64,000 nucleotides of DNA, taken from IMG/VR virus record IMGVR_UViG_3300009527_000006, positions 28,026 to 92,025 of that record, one strand, 5' to 3'. Positions 20,913-27,109 of this stretch are shown here, piece by piece. The number at the start of each line of letters is the position of its first letter. The first letter of the stretch is position 1. The position numbers and the translations under genes are program-made. This DNA is from a virus. The notes below the pieces were generated by a model. That model did not search any database. It was not told where the DNA came from and saw only the letters and a program-made list of their open reading frames with translations.

Positions 20913-20928
20913 GAGCTAGGCGTTCGCC
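20809..20928 (+). repeat. attC site 4 (type C, canonical geometry)
   Basis: GACGAAC AAGTC GCT(G)CATGCA(A)CCCGCT...AGCGGG TGCATG AGC TAGGC GTTCGCC. Confidence 0.92.
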
Positions 20929-20937
20929 TAAAAACCA

Positions 20938-21192
20938 ATGCACTCATCACAAACTAATTCGCAGATGATAATCGCGCACATGCTAGCCAATGATAACGGA
21001 GCCATTTTTCATTTTGAGGACTATAGATTCAATGTTCGTCCTGAAGATCGAGTCACTTCCAGCAATTGGCCTAGTGGTATAACATTGCACATTAGACTTT
21101 CTAGCACAGGGCTGAGCGCAGCTTCTTACGAGAACGAGACAGTGCTCGGTGAATATGTGGATGAAAGAGGAACTCCCATTTTGCCTTATTAG
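20938..21192 (+). CDS. cassette 4 forward ORF, 84-aa hypothetical
   Basis: Starts ~10 nt after the R' box; stop overlaps the reverse-gene stop. Confidence 0.55.
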   Translation: MHSSQTNSQMIIAHMLANDNGAIFHFEDYRFNVRPEDRVTSSNWPSGITLHIRLSSTGLSAASYENETVLGEYVDERGTPILPY

Positions 21193-21428
21193 GAATTATT
21201 ACTTGGATCATTCGGAATTGCATGGCCGAATCTCAGCACTTCACCATTGTCATATAGATAGGCCATTCCACGAATTCCAAAAGGACCATTATACTTACCT
21301 TTCTCATTCTGTATTTTTATGTTCTCGTGCATAGTCCATCTTCGCCAGATTCCAATAGCTTCATCATACGGAAGTGCCTCTGGATCTGGGTATTTGGTTA
21401 AGTCTATTGGGTTGTCTAAATTTAACAT
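21189..21428 (-). CDS. cassette 4 reverse ORF, ~79-aa hypothetical
   Basis: TAAGTA box (21438-21443) upstream of ATG 21428. Confidence 0.6.
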   Translation of the reverse strand: MLNLDNPIDLTKYPDPEALPYDEAIGIWRRWTMHENIKIQNEKGKYNGPFGIRGMAYLYDNGEVLRFGHAIPNDPSNNS

Positions 21429-21468
21429 ATTCAAAGCTACTTATTCGTAGTCAAATGCTAAAACAAGA

Positions 21469-21558
21469 GGCGAACAAAGAAACTGGAGACAACAGCTCAG
21501 CATAGCTATTCTCCTATATTAGTTCTGTGTTCGCTGTGTCTCAGTTTAGATGTTCGCC
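21469..21558 (+). repeat. attC site 5 (type B)
   Basis: Nearly identical to attC2; GGCGAAC...GTTCGCC. Confidence 0.88.
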
Positions 21559-21573
21559 CAACCTCACCACACC

Positions 21574-21759
21574 ATGTCTATTATAAAGAAACCTAGTTCG
21601 TGCGTATTTTGCAGATCTGCACTGATTAAAGGTCCGATTAAGAGAGATCGTAATTTAAATGAAACTATTGAAATGAAGAGTGTCGTTTATATTTGTGAGC
21701 AATGTAATTTTGTTCACGAATTTAATATTCATACTACTAAAAAATCTAAGATGAAGTAG
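21574..21759 (+). CDS. cassette 5 forward ORF, zinc-ribbon protein
   Basis: CVFC...CEQC motif pair; AC-rich leader. Confidence 0.65.
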   Translation: MSIIKKPSSCVFCRSALIKGPIKRDRNLNETIEMKSVVYICEQCNFVHEFNIHTTKKSKMK

Positions 21760-21910
21760 TAGACACGAAACATGCAAGCCCATCACATTGAGCATTCCAC
21801 ATTTCATCCAGAATTCTATCATTATTTTCCTGTTCTTCTTTGGAAAGTCTCATCCAATGACACTGCTCCACTTCTAACCATTCACGTATCTTTGCTTTTA
21901 TCCATTGCAT
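21746..21910 (-). CDS. cassette 5 reverse ORF, 54 aa (not in ORF track)
   Basis: MQWIKAKIREWLEVEQCHW...; TAAGTA box 21920-21925 upstream. Confidence 0.55.
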   Translation of the reverse strand: MQWIKAKIREWLEVEQCHWMRLSKEEQENNDRILDEMWNAQCDGLACFVSTTSS

Positions 21911-21949
21911 AGTAGTCAATACTTATGAAGCTAATAAACAGAAACAAGA

Positions 21950-22038
21950 GGCGAACAAAACGGATGCAGACAACGCTCTATAAGTTTTATGTCACATTCA
22001 TAATTTTATATTCGCGTGTCTGATCCGAGACGTTCGGG
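21950..22038 (+). repeat. attC site 6 (type A)
   Basis: Arms identical to attC3; ends GTTCGGG. Confidence 0.88.
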
Positions 22039-22194
22039 TAAAACAGAACATAAACACCACAATGAATGAATCTACGTTAGTTGATTGCGCTAAATGGTTA
22101 TATGAAAAGCAGCAAGAGAACCTAAAAGCCGGAAAGAATCTACTTTGGCAGCCACATATAATAACCGTTCTTTTAAACTTACAAAAATCTAAAG

Positions 22195-23421
22195 TCATAC
22201 TTTTAAGATATAAACTCTCGATTTTTTGTTAAATTCCTGCTTCACAGACGGGCTAACCAAAGTCGTTTCCGACAATGGTGAACTCCCATCTCCACAGGCT
22301 TGAATTCCCGAAGAACTTTCGGTATAAATTTGTTTCAGATTCAAACTCGCATTTAAATCTCTATCTATTTTCATATCACACATTTTACATTCAAATACTC
22401 GGTCTGTCAACTTCAAATCTGAATTTTTCCATCCGCAACATGAACATAATTTAGAACTGGCGTAGAAAGTATCTGCGAAGACAACTTTTCTATTATTCCA
22501 TTTCGCTTTATATTCAATTTGGCGACGAAATTCATAAAGTCCTACGTCACTGATAGCCTGAGCCAAACAGTGATTTTTCAACATATTGCTTACTTTCAAA
22601 TCTTCCAACACAATTACATTGTTTTTCTGTATTATGTTAGAAGTGATTCTATGTAAGCAATCTTTACGAATATTTGATATGTGATAATGTAATTTTGCTA
22701 ACTTTTGTTTTGCTTTTCCATAATTTTTACTTCCTTTTTTCTTTCTTGATAATTGTTTTTGTTTGCGTTTTAGTCTCTTGAGATTTTTCTTTAATGCTTT
22801 TGGATTTTCATAAGTTGTCCCATCTGAGCAAGTAGCTAAAGTTTTAATACCTAAATCAATTCCTACTACCTCATTCTTGGCGTTAGAATGCTCTCTGTCA
22901 GGTGTCTCTACTTGAACTGATACAAACCACTTACCCGCACGTTTCGAGACTGTAGCAGACAGTATTTTACAATCTGTTGGGATGTAATCTTTCTCGGATA
23001 ATTTGAGTTTGTCGATTCGTGGTAGCTTAATGTAATCAGATTCAACTGAAATCGCGCCGTCTAGTCTGAAGGATTGCTTTTCGTTTTTCTTAGATTTAAA
23101 TTTTGGAAATCCTTTCTTACCTTTAACTTTCTTTTTACAACGAGTGAAGAAATTTTGAAATGCTTTATCACAATCTCTTAACGCATTTTGTGGAGAAGTC
23201 TTGCTTGAATTATACATCCAAGGAACATCTGTCTGTTTTAGCTTGTTTAATTCTCTATGAATCTCAATAGCATTTTGAATTTTCTCTTTCTTATCAAATT
23301 GTTCTTTCTTTTTAGCTAATGCCCAATTATATGCCCATCTAGCGCAACCAATATGCTGTAATAACAAGGTTTGTTGCTTGTTATTTACATCTAGCTGAAC
23401 TTTATAGGCGCGGAGAATCAT
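22195..23421 (-). CDS. tnpB: RNA-guided endonuclease TnpB
   Basis: HTH_OrfB N-terminus, RuvC GIDLG / VLEDL / DRDLNAS, zinc finger CSCC..CKMC; all catalytic residues present. Confidence 0.95.
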   Translation of the reverse strand: MILRAYKVQLDVNNKQQTLLLQHIGCARWAYNWALAKKKEQFDKKEKIQNAIEIHRELNKLKQTDVPWMYNSSKTSPQNALRDCDKAFQNFFTRCKKKVKGKKGFPKFKSKKNEKQSFRLDGAISVESDYIKLPRIDKLKLSEKDYIPTDCKILSATVSKRAGKWFVSVQVETPDREHSNAKNEVVGIDLGIKTLATCSDGTTYENPKALKKNLKRLKRKQKQLSRKKKGSKNYGKAKQKLAKLHYHISNIRKDCLHRITSNIIQKNNVIVLEDLKVSNMLKNHCLAQAISDVGLYEFRRQIEYKAKWNNRKVVFADTFYASSKLCSCCGWKNSDLKLTDRVFECKMCDMKIDRDLNASLNLKQIYTESSSGIQACGDGSSPLSETTLVSPSVKQEFNKKSRVYILKV

Positions 23422-24283
23422 TTTAATCTTTCTAAACAAATATCATAATACTCTTTTTCTTTTTCGATGCCGATAAACTGACGATTGAGATTTTTGGCGG
23501 CAACCAGAGTTGTTCCCGAACCAGCAAAAGGATCGAACACCAAATCCTCTTTATTTGAGATAGACTTCACCAAGTCTTCCATCATATTCAACGGTTTTTC
23601 ACATGGATGTTTGTCTTTTCTTTGCGAGACTATTTCATATTCAATTACATCTTCAAATGAAGATAGCGATAACGAATCAAATTTTCGTTTGGATAATTTA
23701 ATACCTAAATCTCCTCTAATTTGGGAAGAAATTTTGGAGATGGAAAGCATCTACCACATTCCCAATTTGATACTTGACCACCATTATTAACGTTTCCATA
23801 AGCACCCAATATTTCAGTAAGCTCTTTTACCGATACCCCCTTAGAAATGCGGGCATTCTTAATGTCATTTGGATAAGAATCTTGTGAAAAATAAATTATT
23901 CTTTCTGATGCTGGATATGGTCGTCTAAGGGAATTTTTATTACACTTATTTTTCCAACCCTCACTCCCCTTATTTGGAAAAGTTTTCTTCCACACAATTT
24001 CAGATTGGAAATTGAAATATTGATTTATCAGGACGGCTAAAAATGGAGCCAATGATGGCTTACAAAAAACGTAACCACTACAAGTATTTTTCATCTTCGG
24101 TTTAAGAATTTTGAAAAAATAATCAAACCATTTTAAAAATTCAGTATCGTTATCATGTTCATTGTCCCAAGTGTGCTTTTTAACATTGTGATAAGGTGGA
24201 TCGGTGACAAGGATATCCACGCTTCCATCTGGAATGTCCTTCATCAATTCTAAACAGTCGCCATGCCAAATTTCTTGTTTCAT
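23418..24283 (-). pseudogene. N6/N4 DNA methyltransferase (beta class) with inserted XRE HTH, frameshifted
   Basis: 'GDCLELMKDIPDGSVD..TDPPY' in 23705-24283; 'HPCEKP..DPFAGSGTT..IGIE' in 23418-23750; one extra T at 23707-23709 joins them (EEILGIKL). Confidence 0.85.
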
Positions 24284-25311
24284 TCCATCGCCTCCTTTTC
24301 TTTCTTTTTACGATTCTGTGAGCTAATCATACCCAATCCTTCTCTAATTAGATACAGGCGACCAGTCGAAGTTTTTAACTCTTTTGCTACGCCTCTCCAA
24401 GTTTGATGTTTATCAAACAAATCGTGCAGTTGTTTTACTGTAATATCTGAACGCTTTTTCCGTAAAATTTGCTGAGATAGACACTCTAAATATAATTCAT
24501 ACTTTCTATCCAAATACACTTTAGCGTTTGAGTATATTGGTCTTAATATGTTTTGAACTAACTCGACCCCCGCCGAAGATATGCAGCAAGTTTCTGAATC
24601 TCCCTCTCCATATTTTGATAGGATTTTTGCGCGACATTTGCTATACGAAAGAATATACTCTTGAAATTTCTCAATAACAAGCCTATTTCCAACAAGATTA
24701 ATTGTCCACACCCAAGATTTTTTATATTTGGGTTCAAGCGTTTTAGAAATGCAGCCATCACCGTCAAATATGCCTCGCCAAAAATGACAGTGTAAATCCT
24801 TTGGAATTAAATTTAACGGAGGAATAAAGCTAAAAGATTTTCTCGGTAAAATACCAAATTTAGCCAAATCATTGCATATTTTTCTGTTACCAATTACAAT
24901 TCGACACGACTCAAATATTTTACTATTATCACCCCCTTCAAAAGAGGGCGAACTTCTACATATTTTAATTGGATGCGCCGAACGGCAAAATTTCTTAAAT
25001 TTTTCTAAGTGCAACAAATCTGACTTTTTTAAACCTATATTCAATCCTCCATAATCGGTTACGTTGCCGTCGGCGGCAATGAATCCAAGCCAATAAGCCT
25101 TATCTTCTGTGTCAATTTTTTCAAAAATAGAATCGTCAATAGTATATTTAGAGTTATTTTTAATTTTGATACCCCTTTTTTTGGCTTCTCTGGTGCAGCA
25201 TTCGCTACTTAATCCGTAAACAGCCGCCGCCCTTTGTGCAGAATCCCCGTTTACATATAGATTAATCATTCCGTCCTTTTCTTCTTGTGTAATAGTGCGT
25301 CTCATATACAT
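24280..25311 (-). CDS. free-standing LAGLIDADG homing endonuclease
   Basis: 'KAYWLGFIAADG' and 'HFWRGIFDGDG' motifs; HTH-like termini. Confidence 0.9.
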   Translation of the reverse strand: MYMRRTITQEEKDGMINLYVNGDSAQRAAAVYGLSSECCTREAKKRGIKIKNNSKYTIDDSIFEKIDTEDKAYWLGFIAADGNVTDYGGLNIGLKKSDLLHLEKFKKFCRSAHPIKICRSSPSFEGGDNSKIFESCRIVIGNRKICNDLAKFGILPRKSFSFIPPLNLIPKDLHCHFWRGIFDGDGCISKTLEPKYKKSWVWTINLVGNRLVIEKFQEYILSYSKCRAKILSKYGEGDSETCCISSAGVELVQNILRPIYSNAKVYLDRKYELYLECLSQQILRKKRSDITVKQLHDLFDKHQTWRGVAKELKTSTGRLYLIREGLGMISSQNRKKKEKEAME

Positions 25312-25327
25312 ATATTTACACTAAAAA

Positions 25328-25888
25328 TCACTCTTTTTCACAAAAATCTGATAAAACTTCATCATCGGGATAGATTTCTGTAGTCACCTCTTCCACCTTT
25401 TCAATTCTAACTCCATAGGAATTAAAATAAGACAAAAGATAATTAAAACAAAATCTTGATAATCTATCTTTATGCTCAATTAAGACTACATCAATTTCTT
25501 TCTTTTCTACTAACTCAAAAAGTTTCTGCAATTTCTTGCGATTGTCGTTCATTCCTGAACCAACTTCATCAAAAACAGCAACAATAGAATAACCACGCTT
25601 CAATGCCTCTGTAGTCATTCTGCCGACTTGTCTTTCTAAATCACCTTTAGTCTTCTGTTCATGTGAACTAACGCGACAATAGATAGCCACACGCTTACCA
25701 TCTGTTACTTTAACAGGTTCTACATAGATTCCCGCCAATTTCTCAATATCGGCTCTGTAATAGCGTCTATGACCACCTTTTGTATGGAATGGCGTTAATT
25801 TGCCTTCTCGCTCCCAATTTCTAAGAGTTTCGTCGGAAACGCCTAAAATGGACGCAGCATCACTAATTGATAGAATCTTTTTATCCAT
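25328..25888 (-). CDS. tnpA: IS607 transposase TnpA (MerR HTH + serine resolvase), C-terminally disrupted
   Basis: 'TLRNWEREG..TKGGHRRY', 'IYCRVSS..DLERQ', 'EHKDRLSRF'; usual C-terminal helix missing. Confidence 0.9.
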   Translation of the reverse strand: MDKKILSISDAASILGVSDETLRNWEREGKLTPFHTKGGHRRYYRADIEKLAGIYVEPVKVTDGKRVAIYCRVSSHEQKTKGDLERQVGRMTTEALKRGYSIVAVFDEVGSGMNDNRKKLQKLFELVEKKEIDVVLIEHKDRLSRFCFNYLLSYFNSYGVRIEKVEEVTTEIYPDDEVLSDFCEKE

Positions 25889-26057
25889 TTTTGTCTATCA
25901 ATCCTTTCTGTTGAAACAACCTAAACCATTCGTCATAGATTCGTTGAAATTCCTCTACGGTTGGAACTTCATCTAATTCAAACGGAATATCATGGATAAC
26001 TCCATCATCGGTTTCAAATTCTGTTGCTGTAACTCTTGTAATCATTTTTGGCTTCAT
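25881..26057 (-). CDS. 58-aa ORF at IS left end (not in ORF track)
   Basis: MKPKMITRVTATEFETDDG...VPTVEEFQRIYDEW; overlaps the tnpA start; TAAATA box upstream. Confidence 0.6.
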   Translation of the reverse strand: MKPKMITRVTATEFETDDGVIHDIPFELDEVPTVEEFQRIYDEWFRLFQQKGLIDKNG

Positions 26058-26248
26058 ATATATTTACACTAAAAGTTTAGATTTTCTACGAAAAAAGTGA
26101 AAATATTTTAACTTTCTTTAGATATTTTAGATTATCGGGCAACTGTTGTCAACCCTCGGAAAGTTGTGGTTACTATTTGTTTCCTGTTTTGCGATATTAT
26201 CCACTGCTCTGATCACCGAGTTTATAAAACAAGATGGGTATAAGTTGT

Positions 26249-26503
26249 TTAAGTCCAGCCTAAATAATGAACACACAAAAGCATCGGAACCACCCCCATC
26301 ACAAACAACAAAACACATAAAATAATCAACCATCCTAATGCCATGAAGAGGCATTCTACAAAAGCCTTAAACTCACCATCAAACCCGAACAAAACGGATG
26401 CAGGCAACACCTCTGGGCTGTCTGTCGTATTATTCATAGTATTTTCGTTCGGTGTGCCTGATCCGAGACGTTCGCCTTCTGCTAATTTAGTTTGTTTTTT
26501 CAT
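26249..26503 (-). CDS. cassette 6 reverse ORF, membrane peptide read through attC7
   Basis: ATAAATA 26511-26517 before ATG 26503; second in-frame ATG (26437) inside attC7; hydrophobic C-half. Confidence 0.5.
   Translation of the reverse strand: MKKQTKLAEGERLGSGTPNENTMNNTTDSPEVLPASVLFGFDGEFKAFVECLFMALGWLIILCVLLFVMGVVPMLLCVHYLGWT
26384..26476 (+). repeat. attC site 7 (type A variant)
   Basis: CCCGAAC AAAA CGGAT(G)CAGGCA(A)CACC...GGTG TGCCTG ATCCG AGAC GTTCGCC; compensatory changes relative to attC1. Confidence 0.88.
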
Positions 26504-26671
26504 CAAAAGCTATTTATGAAATAATATTATTAATTCAACCAGCATAATAATAACCATGTTTAACTACCTAAAGACTAGCTTGTGTCAATTTTGTAAAGGA
26601 ACCACTGACCCATCCACAAAGAAAGAGATTTAAACTCTTCATTTGAGATAAAGTGTGTTATTTATATTTTT

Positions 26672-26763
26672 GAGGCTCTATAAGTTTTATGTCACATTCA
26701 TAGCTTAGAACTCACTATGTCTCAGCGTAAACTTACCATTCATGTCTGCGCTAGGCGTTTGCC
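26672..26763 (+). repeat. decayed attC site 8
   Basis: Type A loop 'GCTCTATAAGTTTTATGTCACATTCATA' with left arm deleted; right arm TGTCTGCGCTAGGCGTTTGCC. Confidence 0.65.
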
Positions 26764-26782
26764 TTAACTGCATAATGTTCAA

Positions 26783-27064
26783 CTACAGTGGAACCAAATC
26801 TTCAAATTTTATTTTCTTACTTTTATGAAGAATTGGATATTTATTAGAAAGAATTTCTACTATCTCAAACCAAGAAAGATTTGTCATATCTATGAAAATA
26901 TCACGTAAATTTTGGCTTTTTTCAAGAGTTAAATATAAATGAATACATGATACAGGTTTATCATATACAGTCGTCAAAAACCCTCCTAAACACCTAAATT
27001 GATGGTCTAGTTCTTCTCGGTCAATGAGTTCAAATGCAGTAGGCTGCTCAAGATTTTTAATCAT
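26783..27064 (-). CDS. hypothetical protein
   Basis: 93-aa ORF following the helicase. Confidence 0.5.
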   Translation of the reverse strand: MIKNLEQPTAFELIDREELDHQFRCLGGFLTTVYDKPVSCIHLYLTLEKSQNLRDIFIDMTNLSWFEIVEILSNKYPILHKSKKIKFEDLVPL

Positions 27065-27109
27065 ATTTTTACTTAAAAAAATAAAAATCTATTGCAATAA
27101 TTTACTGTT

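Larger units (their letters stand above)
22167..26154 (-). mobile_element. IS607-family element with cargo (small ORF-tnpA-[LAGLIDADG]-MTase-tnpB)
   Basis: Serine-resolvase tnpA plus tnpB; AACC at both junctions (GG on - strand); removal restores the cassette ORF. Confidence 0.85.
22062..26325 (+). pseudogene. cassette 6 forward ORF (91-aa single-TM protein) split by IS607
   Basis: Joining 22062-22166 to 26155-26325 restores MNESTLVDCAKW...PHIIT|LGKLWLLFVSCFAILSTALITEF...KHIK*. Confidence 0.75.
18974..26763 (+). mobile_element. integron-type gene-cassette array (attC cluster, no integrase in window)
   Basis: 7 intact attC hairpins plus 1 decayed site, all in the same orientation, spaced ~450-670 bp apart (discounting the IS); R' of each site is the reverse complement of R'' of the next. 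Confidence 0.88.

Noticed and set aside
20328-20919. Extra ORFs over the GC-rich cassette (20328-20780 +, 20395-20919 +, 20465-20827 -, 20513-20707 +)
   Set aside because: Expected shadows of a GC-rich gene, with no motifs. 20328-20780 does fit the cassette bounds, so it is not fully excluded.
18974-22038. CRISPR array interpretation of the repeats
   Set aside because: Repeats are ~90-120 bp and of three types, the intervening DNA is 400-600 bp and coding, and no cas genes are present; attC geometry explains them better.
19703-22198. ORFs 19703-19936 (+), 21149-21334 (+) and 21998-22198 (-)
   Set aside because: They cross attC or IS boundaries or overlap better-supported genes, and lack promoter or leader support.
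23700-23710. TAG stop-codon recoding as the cause of the split MTase
   Set aside because: Read-through stays in the wrong frame and stops soon after; core genes are intact in the standard code and no suppressor tRNA was seen.
25328-25888. TnpA as the recombinase for the cassette array
   Set aside because: It is a serine recombinase of a later insertion that interrupts a cassette; attC hairpins are substrates of IntI-type tyrosine recombinases.
22167-26154. IStron / group I intron around the IS607 or the LAGLIDADG gene
   Set aside because: Only ~100 bp non-coding at the left end and almost none around the endonuclease; no intron core recognisable.
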